Assembly (NCBI GenBank): GCA_963664365.1
Contig: OY761144.1
Coordinates: 1,513,596 to 1,577,595 of the forward strand
DNA: 64,000 nt
DNA from: Dehalococcoidia bacterium
Lineage (GTDB): Bacteria > Chloroflexota > Dehalococcoidia > Lucifugimonadales > UBA1123
Reading direction: 5' to 3'
Shown: piece after piece, positions 1-9,116 of the stretch
Layout: the number at the start of each line of letters is the position of its first letter
How positions within the stretch are numbered: position 1 is the stretch's first letter
Notes under the pieces: generated by a model
What the model was told of the DNA's origin: nothing
Database searches by the model: none
Seen by the model: the letters and a program-made list of their open reading frames with translations, nothing else
Position numbers and translations under genes: made by a program

Positions 1-158
1 GACTTGTTGCCTGGCATGCCGCGAGGCTTCCCAAGCTTCGCGCTCCTCTCCAGTATTTCGATACGCCGATGTAACTGTGCATTGACAGCCTGCAATTCGG
101 CGATGACCGCCAACAGGGTCTCGCGGCTGGCGCTATTCAAGTCATGCTCAGGCTTCAT
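1..158 (-). CDS. partial ORF running off the left edge; coiled-coil N-terminus (MKPEHDLNSASRETLLAVIAELQAVNAQLHRRIEILERSAKLGKPRGMPGNK...)
   Basis: My own minus-strand translation from the ATG at 156-158. It is too short for the supplied track. The leucine-zipper-like N-terminus resembles the start of some transposase families, but no catalytic domain is visible. Confidence 0.3.
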   Translation of the reverse strand, partial: MKPEHDLNSASRETLLAVIAELQAVNAQLHRRIEILERSAKLGKPRGMPGNK

Positions 159-242
159 TACTCACTTATGACACAACTGCCCACAGAACCGCTAGCCATT
201 TTAAGTTCACCTCATCAACTCTGAACAGTTACCTCTGCTGGC

Positions 243-1694
243 TCACTGTCGATTGTACATGTCGTCGAAGCGTATTATATCGTCTTCCCCTAAGTAGCTT
301 CCGGACTGCACCTCGATGATCTCCAACGGACTGTCGCACGGATTCCCCAGCCTGTGCGTCTCGCCGACCTTCACGTATGTAGATTCATTCTCGTGCAGCA
401 GGAACTCCTTGTCGTCCTTGACCACCTTGGCGGTTCCTCTCACCACCACCCAGTGCTCAGACCTGTGGCGGTGCATCTGAAGAGAGAGAGCCTGTCCCGG
501 ATTCACGCTGATACGCTTTACCTGGAAGCGGTCGCCTGAGTCGATGGTCTCATACCATCCCCAGGGCCTGTGTACTCGCCTATGGTTCTCATGCTCCGGC
601 CTTGCCTGTTCCTTGAGTCGCTCCACCAGCGCCTTGACGTTCTCGGCGCTGTTCCGGTCGGCGGCGAGTACCGCGTCCGGCGTCTCCACCACGATCACGT
701 CTTCGAGCCCGACCGCCGCGACCAGCCGATGCCCTCCGAAAACCATCGAGTTTCGCATCTCATGAGTGTACACGTCGCCCCTGACCACGTTGCCCTCATC
801 GTCCTTGGGGATTATATCCATTATCGCGGCCCATGAGCCGACATCGGACCATCCGGCATCCATAGATGCTACCACTGCCTGTCGAGAAGAGACGCCGTTC
901 GCGCCTGTGATTCGCTCCATTACCGCGTAATCTATCGTGTCTTCAGGACACGCCGCGAAGAGGTCGGCGTCGGGCCGATAGAACAGGCCGTCATGTGACC
1001 CTCCGGCATGCGCCCGTCGGCAGGCCTCGGCGATGTCCGGCCTGAACCTCTCCAACTCTTCCAGCCAAGCCGAGACGCGCATCACGAACATACCGCTGTT
1101 CCACAGAAAATCTCCCGTGTCGATCATCTGCTCAGCCGTTGCCTCGTCCGGCTTCTCCACGAACTCCGCCAGTTCGTAAGCGCCGCCGGAGGTCGAGCCT
1201 GTGTACTCCGACCCTCGCCGGATGTAGCCATAGCCCGTCTTGGGAGAGTCGGGCGTTATTCCGAACGTTACGATGCAGTCCCCATCCGCCAGTTCCGCGG
1301 CGGTGGCGGCAGCGGCTTGGAAAGCGCCGACGTTGGCGACGACGTGGTCGGCGGGAAGCGCCATCATGATCGAGTCCCCTCCGTACTGGCCCGCGATAGT
1401 CAGCGCGGCCAAAGTGAGCGCCGGCGCCGTGTTGCGTCCCACAGGCTCAAGCAATACAGACTGCGGAACGCAGGCTACCTGGCGGGCATGTTCAGCAGCC
1501 AAGAAGCGATGCTCATCGTTGCAGACGATGATCGGCGCGGTGGCGTCTTTGATCCCCTCCAGCCTCAGGATAGTATCCTGAAGCAGCGATCGGTTGTTCA
1601 CGATCGTCAGGAACGGCTTCGGGTAGAACTCTCTCGAGAGTGGCCAGAGTCTGGAGCCGGAGCCTCCGGCGAGTATGACGGGGTGAAGGGTCAT
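243..1694 (-). CDS. manC: mannose-1-phosphate guanylyltransferase / mannose-6-phosphate isomerase (bifunctional, cupin C-terminus)
   Basis: 483 aa ORF. N-terminal ILAGGSGSRLWPLSREFYPKPF nucleotidyltransferase motif. C-terminal cupin region HRHRSEHWVVVRGTAKV...GETHRLGNP. Confidence 0.9.
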   Translation of the reverse strand: MTLHPVILAGGSGSRLWPLSREFYPKPFLTIVNNRSLLQDTILRLEGIKDATAPIIVCNDEHRFLAAEHARQVACVPQSVLLEPVGRNTAPALTLAALTIAGQYGGDSIMMALPADHVVANVGAFQAAAATAAELADGDCIVTFGITPDSPKTGYGYIRRGSEYTGSTSGGAYELAEFVEKPDEATAEQMIDTGDFLWNSGMFVMRVSAWLEELERFRPDIAEACRRAHAGGSHDGLFYRPDADLFAACPEDTIDYAVMERITGANGVSSRQAVVASMDAGWSDVGSWAAIMDIIPKDDEGNVVRGDVYTHEMRNSMVFGGHRLVAAVGLEDVIVVETPDAVLAADRNSAENVKALVERLKEQARPEHENHRRVHRPWGWYETIDSGDRFQVKRISVNPGQALSLQMHRHRSEHWVVVRGTAKVVKDDKEFLLHENESTYVKVGETHRLGNPCDSPLEIIEVQSGSYLGEDDIIRFDDMYNRQ

Positions 1695-1733
1695 CTGCTG
1701 CTCCGACGTGGCGGGTTGACCACAGCGCTGTCT

Positions 1734-1937
1734 CTAAGACAAGAGCCGGACGGTTACGACGGCCACGGTGTTGAGGAATCCAATACCCACCACGAGCGCC
1801 GTGAGGTTGTTCAACCTATCGTGGATGAGTTTGTTCGCGTTATCGAAGTCTTGCTTTGTGACGAGAATTGCATTCATCCGGTCGGCCCTCTGCTCTAGGC
1901 GGGCGACTCGGTCTTCGAGTGAACTCTGGTTGGTCAT
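1734..1937 (-). CDS. small hypothetical protein, coiled-coil plus C-terminal hydrophobic helix
   Basis: 67 aa ORF immediately upstream of manC on the same strand. LEDRVARLEQRADRM is followed by LTALVVGIGFLNTVAVVTV. Confidence 0.4.
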   Translation of the reverse strand: MTNQSSLEDRVARLEQRADRMNAILVTKQDFDNANKLIHDRLNNLTALVVGIGFLNTVAVVTVRLLS

Positions 1938-2044
1938 GCGATGCTATACTAACTCCGTGACTTCTCAGCAGGCGTCAATGCCTTGCTCTCGTACCAATAC
2001 TTTACCACGTCCTGGCCCCTAATGCGCCAGCCCGCCGAAATGCC

Positions 2045-2794
2045 TTATATCGCCGTGAGTCCCCCGTCGATGACGAGCTCGCTGCCCGTCATGTAGGAAG
2101 ACTCGTCCGACGCCAAGAACAGCGCCCCCTTGGCCACGTCTTCCATGGCGCCGAACATTCCCATAGGTATAAACGCTTCCCTCTGCGCGCGCAACTCCGA
2201 GTCCGGGTAGACCTCGTCGAGCATCACCGTTTCAATCGGCCCCGGGTGGATCGAGTTGCACCGGATGCCGTCCGCGGCATACTGGATAGCCGTGGACTTG
2301 GTGAGGAGTCGCACCGCGCCCTTGGACGTGTTGTACGAAGTGGCCTGAACGCTGCCGGTCAGCCCGGCGACGGACGATATGTTGACGATCGAACCGCCCC
2401 CCGCCTCCCGCATTGCCGGAATGACGGCCTTGGCGCCCAGGAAGACTCCCTTGGCGTTGATGCTCATGACCCGGTCCCAAGTTTCGATAGTCTGACTCTC
2501 CACGGTGGACCTGTCGAATATCCCCGCATTGTTGACCAGGATATCCAGATTGCCGAATCGCTGCGCCGCCGTTTCCACGGCCTGCCGCCAGTCCGATTCG
2601 ATGGTCACGTCCAGCTTGACGAAGACGGCCTCGCCTCCGGAAGCGACGATCTCTGCCTGAACCCGCTTACCCTGATCCTCCAGAACGTCCCCCAATACGA
2701 CTTTGGCTCCCTCAGACGCGAAGAGCCTAGCCTCCATCGCTCCCATGCTCCTGGCCCCGCCGCTAATGAGCGCTACCTTTCCTTTGAGCCGCAT
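2045..2794 (-). CDS. SDR-family oxidoreductase (classical short-chain dehydrogenase)
   Basis: 249 aa. GKVALISGGARSMG Rossmann motif, NNAG, and the S...YxxxK catalytic pattern (YNTSK). Confidence 0.9.
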   Translation of the reverse strand: MRLKGKVALISGGARSMGAMEARLFASEGAKVVLGDVLEDQGKRVQAEIVASGGEAVFVKLDVTIESDWRQAVETAAQRFGNLDILVNNAGIFDRSTVESQTIETWDRVMSINAKGVFLGAKAVIPAMREAGGGSIVNISSVAGLTGSVQATSYNTSKGAVRLLTKSTAIQYAADGIRCNSIHPGPIETVMLDEVYPDSELRAQREAFIPMGMFGAMEDVAKGALFLASDESSYMTGSELVIDGGLTAI

Positions 2795-2906
2795 GACTTC
2801 CCTCCGTCGCCCGAACTTAAAGAGATTGTACTACGCCCTGAATCCAATGGCTGACAAAAGACATCTTATATCGGTAAACTGTGAACTACAAATCGAGCGA
2901 GGCGCC

Positions 2907-3797
2907 ATGTTCAGACGCATTTCAGTATTCGGGCTTGCCGCCGGTATTGTGGGCCTGTCTGCCTGCGGGACCACTGACCCTGAGGCTCCGTCCCCAGAGC
3001 CTACGTCGCCGCCCGCGCTAGTCCAGGTTGTCCCGACAGCTACTCCGACCGTGCCGCCGCCTACGACACCGCCTGCCACGCCGACCAGCGCGCCCACACC
3101 CACGACACCACCTGCAACTGCTACCGGCGCACCCGCCCCGACAACACCGCCTGCAACTGCCACCGGCGCGCCCGCGCCCACGACACCGCCTGCCACTGCT
3201 ACCGGCGTACCTGCGCCCACGACACCGCCTGCCACGGCGACCGCAGTGCCCGCTCCGACGACACCACCGCCTACGGCGACCACAGCGCCCACTCCGACGA
3301 CGCCACCGCCCACGCCCACGACACCGCCTACGCCAACCGCTGTCGCCGTGAAAATCGGCAGCAATGTGGGCGAGCGTGTCCCTGACTTCGACATGGCCGT
3401 CACCGGCGGCGCGACTGTCACGGCGGTCAGCCTGATAGAGGTCGGTCGTCCGACGTTCCTGTTCTTCCACTCATCCACTTGACCGGTCTGTCGCTCTGAG
3501 TTGCAGAGCCTGAAGGGAATCTACCCCGAGTTCGCCGGCAGCGTCGACTTCTACGCCGTCAACGTCAACCCGATTGATGACCTCGACGACTTCACTGAAC
3601 ACGGCAAGCAGCGAGGATACCCTTGGCCGATGGCCCAGCCCGGCGAAGGGATGCTCAAGAGCTTCGATGTTACGTACCAATCTACAAAGGTGGCCTTCGG
3701 CGCGGACGGCGTAATTGTGTACCGGGCCGGGTTCAATGGAGGAAACGCCGAGGAGTGGCGGGAACTGTTCAGGCAGCTAGCGTCAGGGGCCAGCTAG
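2907..3797 (+). CDS. lipoprotein with Pro/Thr-rich linker and TlpA/ResA-like thioredoxin-fold domain; in-frame UGA (3480-3482) read as candidate selenocysteine (T-U-P-V-C)
   Basis: ATG at 2907 with GAGCGAGG upstream. Signal peptide plus lipobox VGLSAC. ORFs 2703..3482 and 3501..3797 share one frame. The junction FLFFHSST-U-PVCRSELQSLKGIYPEF matches the FWxTWCxPCrxE motif of thiol-disulfide oxidoreductases. Confidence 0.65.
3033..3340 (+). repeat. coding low-complexity tandem repeat (PTTPPATATGAPA-type Pro/Thr/Ala linker, units of about 33 nt)
   Basis: Near-identical units (ccgacaacaccgcctgcaactgccaccggcgc...) are visible in the sequence and the translation. Confidence 0.85.
3480..3510 (+). 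promoter_or_regulatory. UGA plus SECIS-like hairpin (stem 3493-3498/3504-3509, loop AGUUG)
   Basis: GCUCUG-AGUUG-CAGAGC begins 11 nt after the UGA. The apical loop starts 16 nt after the UGA and has G-U at loop positions 2-3. G3490-C3510 can pair across a 2-nt bulge. Confidence 0.5.
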
Positions 3798-5003
3798 TAG
3801 TGTGTCCACATAATTATGATGGGTAGATATGTTGGAGTTTAGTGCGAGCATCCTGGGTGGAGAACCGCCAGTCTATGACTGCGGCAGCATTGTTGCGCTC
3901 GCGTTCCAGCGCAGAGACCTCTCTTTTCAGTGCTGCTTCATCGCCGATCCGACAGCTCAGACACTGCCTGCTGAAGACGCTGAACTCGATCTCAGCCATG
4001 TTCAGCCAACTTCCATGATTCGGGGTGTAGTGAAACTCCAAGCGTTTGGCTATACGACGCGCTTCGGACGGCTCAAACGCTTCGTAGAGCGATCCGAGCT
4101 TGTGGGTGTTGAGATTGTCCAGCACCAGCCTGACCACCCCAGCGTGAGGGTATGCCTCATCAACCAGCCAGCGCATCTGATGAGCGAAGTCCACAGCAGT
4201 GCGACGCTCGGTCACTTCGACATGCCTCCACCCGCCCTTGGGTTCGCAGAACATGAACAGGTTGCGGGTGCCGTTTCGCTTATACTCGGTGTCATAGCGT
4301 TCCACTCGTCCGGGCCTCGCCTCAATTGCCGGTCTCACATCCTTGACCAACTGCTTGGATGTCTCATCGAAACAGACCACTGGATGGTCTGGGTCATAGT
4401 CTTCTTGGTAGAGGTCGAGCACGTCCTCCATCCGAGCCACGAACTCCCCACTCACTTTGGGAATGCACCACTCCTTCCTTTGCCACGGCTTGAGTTCGTT
4501 TTTTTCAGTATCCGGCGCACCGTCTCAGGCGAGATGCTCTCAGAGAACCCCATCTCCACCACCTTGCCCGCAAGCATCCGGAGAGACCATCGCGTGTGTC
4601 CTTCGGGCGCTGCGCTGCAGGTGATAGCTACAAGGTGCGCTTCCTGCTTACCGCTCAGCTTGCGCTTCTGTCCCGGTCGAGGTCGCTCATTGATTGCACT
4701 GTCGAGTCCCTCCTTCACAAACCGCGTGCGCACACGTCCCACCGTGGGTGCGCTTATCAATAGTCCGCTGGCGATATCACGGTCGGTCAGACCTTCATCT
4801 GCCTTCAGCAACACCAGCGCTCGCTTGACCTTACGCGCCGAAGTCTCGCCACGATTCGCTATCTCCTTGAGTTGTGTCCGCTCCGACTCGTTCAACTCCA
4901 CCTTGTACTTGAGAGCAGGCATGTCTTCGTATGTCCTCCTAATAGGATCATACACAATTCTAACCAATTTCTTATATTTGTAAAATACATGTGGACACGG
5001 TAC
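3797..5003 (-). mobile_element. IS630-family insertion sequence (1207 bp) flanked by TA
   Basis: Terminal inverted repeats GTAGTGTGTCCACAT (3797-3811) and the reverse complement of 4989-5003, GTACCGTGTCCACAT (13/15 identical). TA sits on both flanks (3795-3796 and 5004-5005). The element encodes an HTH plus DDE transposase. Confidence 0.8.
3814..4922 (-). CDS. IS630-family transposase, two overlapping frames joined by a -1 shift at an A7 run (4499-4505)
   Basis: The upstream frame (MPALKYKVELNESERTQL..., HTH domains) ends in ...RILKKTNSS. Shifting -1 on CUGAAAAAAAC gives ...RILKKNELKPWQRKEWCIPKVSGEF..., the conserved IS630 junction. The downstream frame carries DDE residues (FDETS, LDNLNTH, WLNMAEIEF). 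Confidence 0.8.
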
Positions 5004-5159
5004 TAGTCCTTCGATGGCGAAGTAGTTCAAAACCTCAGGATTCGGGCGGGGAGGGGACATGACCAAGGGGCGAGCGAGCCCGGTGAGTTTGAGGCGGTAT
5101 AGCGCTCCGTCTGCTAGGATATATCAGAAGTATTCCAACTCGAATGCTCGGAGACACTC

Positions 5160-5534
5160 GTGAACACTTATAGCGCCGTAGCCGAGGAGTTCGCCCGTAG
5201 GGTGGTAGCGAACCTGGGAGAGCAGGTCGAGTCCGTGATTCTGTACGGCTCGGTTGCCCGGGGCGATGCCGGCCCGGAGAGCGACATAGACATTCTGGTC
5301 GTCTGCCCTGGCGCCAAGTCTTGCTGGGACGCCGTCAGTGGCATTGCTGATGATATCGTTCACCAAAACGGGTACTCCTTGCTTGTCTCTGAGGTCTGCT
5401 ACAGTCGGGCAGATTTTCTGGAATTTAATCGCATCGGATCACCGTTCATCAAGAACGTACTGGATGAGGGCGTGCCGCTCCATGACAATGGAATCTTCTC
5501 AAGATCTCGCGACGAAATACTTGCAGTCGTCTGA
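5160..5534 (+). CDS. nucleotidyltransferase-domain protein (MNT-type antitoxin-like)
   Basis: 124 aa with a GTG start. ILYGSVARGDAGPESDIDILVV is a minimal nucleotidyltransferase motif. Confidence 0.8.
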   Translation: MNTYSAVAEEFARRVVANLGEQVESVILYGSVARGDAGPESDIDILVVCPGAKSCWDAVSGIADDIVHQNGYSLLVSEVCYSRADFLEFNRIGSPFIKNVLDEGVPLHDNGIFSRSRDEILAVV

Positions 5535-5880
5535 GCAAGCACTGAGCGACGCTGGCCTCCTTCTTCAGCATGACCGGCTCCAAGCCGCGGCGAATCGCGC
5601 CTACTACGCCATGTTCTATGCCGCGTTGGCGGCTCTGGCCCACATGGAAATTCAAAAACTCCCTCGAACCCATCGTGGCGCTCTCAGCCAGTTTGGGCAG
5701 CATTGCATCGTAAACGGGCCAATAGACCCCCGATTCGGGACATACTTGAGGCGAGCTCAAAACCTGCGACGGCAGAGCGATTACCAATTGAACGTGTCCT
5801 TTGCCGATGAGCAGGTTGCCGGTACAGTCCAAAACGCCCAGGCTTTCGTGGCGGAGATCAGGCGCGTAACTGGTCTATGA
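5482..5880 (+). CDS. HEPN-domain protein (toxin-like partner of the nucleotidyltransferase)
   Basis: AANRAYYAMFYAALAAL ... RRQSDYQ (the Rx4-6H region is degenerate). It overlaps the 3' end of the NT gene in another frame. The start was chosen at MTMESSQ and is uncertain. Confidence 0.7.
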   Translation: MTMESSQDLATKYLQSSEQALSDAGLLLQHDRLQAAANRAYYAMFYAALAALAHMEIQKLPRTHRGALSQFGQHCIVNGPIDPRFGTYLRRAQNLRRQSDYQLNVSFADEQVAGTVQNAQAFVAEIRRVTGL

Positions 5881-5895
5881 CCACGACTATTTAGC

Positions 5896-6693
5896 TCACC
5901 TCCGGCGGGTGCGGCCTTTTAGGGCCATCAGCGCGAGGGCGCCGCTGACGAGTCCGACGCCGGCTATGCAGACGAGGCCCCTCGCGAGAACCTCCGGCTC
6001 CCAGCCGACGCTGATCAGGGACCTGAGGGCTTCCAGCAGGTACGTTACCGGGTTGTAGGTCGCGACCGTCGATAGCCAGCCCGTCATGGCCTCCTTTGGG
6101 ACGAACACCGTGGTCATGAAGGCGAATGGGAAGAACAGCAGGAAGCTGGAGTTGACCGCCGCGGGGTTTCCGGTCTTGAGCGCGATCGCATAGGGAAATC
6201 CGGTGAACACGAGGCCCCACAGCCCGGACATCAGGATGAACACCAGCACGCCCAGCGGCCCCGACGCGAAGTTGACGCCCACGACGAATCCGAGTACTAC
6301 GACAGGAAGCGTCAGGGCAACGACAAGGGTAAAGTCCGCGACGGTCAGGCCGAGAAGCAGCGCTAGCCGATTGACGGGGGTCAGGGACAGCCGGTCAAAG
6401 TATCCTGTCTGGATGTCGGTCACGAGCGTCACGGCCCTGGAGATGCCGGTCACGGCGAATATGATCGCGACCGGAAGCTGGAACGCCTTGTAATCGACCC
6501 CCGGCATTCGCTCCGCCACGTCCTGCAGAGCGCCGACGTTTATGGCATAGAAGAAGACCGGGATCACCAGCGCCGGATAGACCGCTTCCGGATCTCGGGG
6601 GATACCGCGCAGCGCCCTTATAGCGACGGATATGACGTCGGTTATGAATCCGGCCTTTCGGGCTTTTATCTGTGCTGCCGCTATCTGAGTCAT
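5896..6693 (-). CDS. ABC-2 type transporter permease
   Basis: 265 aa with six predicted hydrophobic helices, directly downstream of an ABC ATPase. Confidence 0.8.
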   Translation of the reverse strand: MTQIAAAQIKARKAGFITDVISVAIRALRGIPRDPEAVYPALVIPVFFYAINVGALQDVAERMPGVDYKAFQLPVAIIFAVTGISRAVTLVTDIQTGYFDRLSLTPVNRLALLLGLTVADFTLVVALTLPVVVLGFVVGVNFASGPLGVLVFILMSGLWGLVFTGFPYAIALKTGNPAAVNSSFLLFFPFAFMTTVFVPKEAMTGWLSTVATYNPVTYLLEALRSLISVGWEPEVLARGLVCIAGVGLVSGALALMALKGRTRRR

Positions 6694-6738
6694 TGCTTCA
6701 CCGCCTCGTGAGATCTGAAGGGCCTCTCAGTTTCGATT

Positions 6739-7713
6739 TCAGGATTGGCCGGCTGTTGAGTCCTCGTCCTCTGCCTCTTCTTCCATGCGAGCGCCGGCGA
6801 CGCTGAGGAATACGTCGTCGAGCGTTGGGGTTCTGAGGGTTATCTCCCTGACGGCCACTCGACGCTCGTTGAGCGCCAGCGCGACGCTGCTTATGACAGC
6901 CGCGCCGTTGGACGCTTGGATTATCACGTCGCTGCCTGTGGCGTCGACGCCGAGCACTCCCTCCAGACCTTGTACGGCTTCCAGAGCCTCATCGGCGTGA
7001 TCGTCCACCTGCGCGATGATCACGTCGTTGCCGAGCGAGCGCTTCAACTCGGTCGGAGTGCCCTCGGCCATCAGCCGGCCCCGGTTGATGATTCCGACGC
7101 GGTCGGCCAACTCGTCCGCTTCCTCCAGGTACTGCGTGGTGAGGAAGATGGTAACGTCGAGGTCACGGTTGACCCGTCTGACCTCCTCCCAGACGCGGGC
7201 GCGGCTGATGGGGTCGAGTCCGGTGGTCGGCTCGTCGAGAAAGAGTATCTCAGGGTTGTGGATCAGCGAGGCGGCGAGGTCTAGGCGTCGCTTCATCCCG
7301 CCGGAGTAGGTGCCTATGAGCCGGTCGATGGCGTCGCCTATGTCTATGAGGTCCGCCAGATCGTTGAAGCGAGAGTCCACGTCTCGACGCGACAGGCCAT
7401 AAAACCGGCCCTGAAGCCTGAGCATCTCCCGGCCAGTCTGCTTCAGGTCGAGGGCGGCGTCTTGGAGCGCGGCGCCGATGCGGAGTCGGATGTCGTTCGC
7501 CTCGCGGACGATGTCGTACCCGGCGACGCTGGCGCTGCCGTCGCTTGGCATCAGCAGCGTAATGAGCATCCGAACCAGCGTGGTCTTCCCTGCACCGTTC
7601 GGACCGAGGAACCCGTAGATCTCTCCGCGCGGGATGCGCAGGTCTATCGAGTCCACGGCCTCGATGTCTCCGAATCTGCGGCTCAGCCCTTGGGTTGCTA
7701 CTGCGTGCTCCAT
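6739..7713 (-). CDS. ABC transporter ATP-binding protein (DrrA/ABC-2 subfamily)
   Basis: Walker A GPNGAGKTT, signature YSGGMKRRL, Walker B ILFLDEPTTGLD. Confidence 0.9.
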   Translation of the reverse strand: MEHAVATQGLSRRFGDIEAVDSIDLRIPRGEIYGFLGPNGAGKTTLVRMLITLLMPSDGSASVAGYDIVREANDIRLRIGAALQDAALDLKQTGREMLRLQGRFYGLSRRDVDSRFNDLADLIDIGDAIDRLIGTYSGGMKRRLDLAASLIHNPEILFLDEPTTGLDPISRARVWEEVRRVNRDLDVTIFLTTQYLEEADELADRVGIINRGRLMAEGTPTELKRSLGNDVIIAQVDDHADEALEAVQGLEGVLGVDATGSDVIIQASNGAAVISSVALALNERRVAVREITLRTPTLDDVFLSVAGARMEEEAEDEDSTAGQS

Positions 7714-7729
7714 GTGTGCGTCCTAGTCT

Positions 7730-8530
7730 TCAATTCAGTGTGGACTTTCGCGCTGCCCAAACCATCTCTTCGCTGTTCTCGTCAAAGTCGGAGTAGTCGA
7801 AGTCGCCGTATAGGGCTTCGACCTCCAACCCGTTAGACCTCAGCAGATGATACATCTCCCAGCGGTAAGAGTAGCGCAGTTGGTAGTCTCGGTACAGCTT
7901 ACGAGAGACCGCGCCGTCACCGTCAAGCTCTTCGATTATCATGCGGACGCTGATAATCTGGTTGTGGGTGTCATACGCGCTCTGATGGGATAGTACATAG
8001 GATGCGCCGGTTTCTGGATCGGTCACGTCGAAGAGATGCCGAGAGGTGTCGCCGGCTTCGACCACCATGCTAAGGTCCGGGACGAATATGTTGAACATCA
8101 GCTTGCCGTCCGGCAGCAGGTGCCGTCGGATGCTTTGGAGCGCGCGGACCTGGTCTTCGACCGTCAGCAGCGCAAGGAATCCCCTGAACGGGATAGTGAT
8201 AATCGGGAACCTGCGACGCTCTCCCGTGCAGTCCGTGAGGTCGAGGTCGCGCATGTCGGCGGTGACGAGCTCCACAGAGCAGGCGTCTGGGCCAAGTCGG
8301 TTGAGCTTACTCCGCGCGACGGCGAGCATGGCGTCGGAACTGTCTATGCCAACGACGTCTATTCCCATCCGCGCCGTTGGTATCGCCACGCGCCCGGTGC
8401 CCACGCCAAGTTCCAGAACGGGGCCGCCGGACTTTACGGCCTCTTGAGTGTAGAAAGGTATGTCGGCGCGGACATAGGAATAGACCGAGTCGTAGATTTC
8501 CGCCCAGGCATCGTAAGGGGACTGCTCCAT
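7730..8530 (-). CDS. class I SAM-dependent methyltransferase
   Basis: VLELGVGTGR motif. Start taken at MEQSPYDAW (ATG 8528-8530), just downstream of the ruvA stop codon (8532-8534). The longer track ORF overlaps ruvA. Confidence 0.8.
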   Translation of the reverse strand: MEQSPYDAWAEIYDSVYSYVRADIPFYTQEAVKSGGPVLELGVGTGRVAIPTARMGIDVVGIDSSDAMLAVARSKLNRLGPDACSVELVTADMRDLDLTDCTGERRRFPIITIPFRGFLALLTVEDQVRALQSIRRHLLPDGKLMFNIFVPDLSMVVEAGDTSRHLFDVTDPETGASYVLSHQSAYDTHNQIISVRMIIEELDGDGAVSRKLYRDYQLRYSYRWEMYHLLRSNGLEVEALYGDFDYSDFDENSEEMVWAARKSTLN

Positions 8531-8531
8531 A

Positions 8532-9113
8532 TCACTCCCCCGACAGGCGTTCGAGGGCGGCGCGGATTCGGTCTTCTTCGGACGCATCGGCGGCGGTTCG
8601 GGCGAGCGCCTCGCGGGCTTCGTTGTCGCCGTATCCGAGCGCGGTTAGCGCGTCCACGAGGTCGGAGTCCGGGCCGGCGACGCCTGCGTCGGCGAAATCG
8701 AGGTCGAGCTTGCCCTTCAACTCCAGTACGATGCGGCTGGCGGTGCGGCGTCCGATGCCGGGCACGGAGGACAGCGCCTTGGTGTCGCCGGACTCGACGG
8801 TTTGAGCCAGGGACTGCGGACTGAACCGGCCCAGCATGGCGAGGGCGAGGCGCGGGCCTATCCCGCTGACGTTGAGCAGGGTCTCGAAGGTCTGGCGTTC
8901 GTCGTCGGTCGGGAATCCGAACAGGGTCAGGCTGTCCTCCCGCACTTGGAGGGAGGTAAACAGGCGCACGGGCTCGCCGACGCGACCGACGCTGCCGACG
9001 GCGGTATCGGGCACGTGTACGCGCAGAGTGACGCCGCCCACGCCAACCTCAACCCAGTCGGCGCCCGTGCCTTCTAGGGTTCCGGCTACTGATGAGATCA
9101 ACGAGGAAACCAC
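8532..9113 (-). CDS. ruvA: Holliday junction branch migration complex subunit RuvA
   Basis: 193 aa. HhH motifs LLNVSGIGPRLALAML and LSSVPGIGRRTASRIVLEL. Adjacent to ruvC. Confidence 0.9.
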   Translation of the reverse strand: MVSSLISSVAGTLEGTGADWVEVGVGGVTLRVHVPDTAVGSVGRVGEPVRLFTSLQVREDSLTLFGFPTDDERQTFETLLNVSGIGPRLALAMLGRFSPQSLAQTVESGDTKALSSVPGIGRRTASRIVLELKGKLDLDFADAGVAGPDSDLVDALTALGYGDNEAREALARTAADASEEDRIRAALERLSGE

Positions 9114-9116
9114 TGG

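Noticed and set aside
3033-3340. Regular repeats of about 33 nt, and similar repeats at 54664-55120. I considered whether either could be a CRISPR array.
   Set aside because: The units are contiguous with no unique spacers. They lie in frame inside lipoprotein genes and encode Pro/Thr linkers.
5124-5366. 80-aa minus-strand ORF opposite the nucleotidyltransferase gene.
   Set aside because: It is antisense to a gene with a clear catalytic motif, and no motif of its own is visible.
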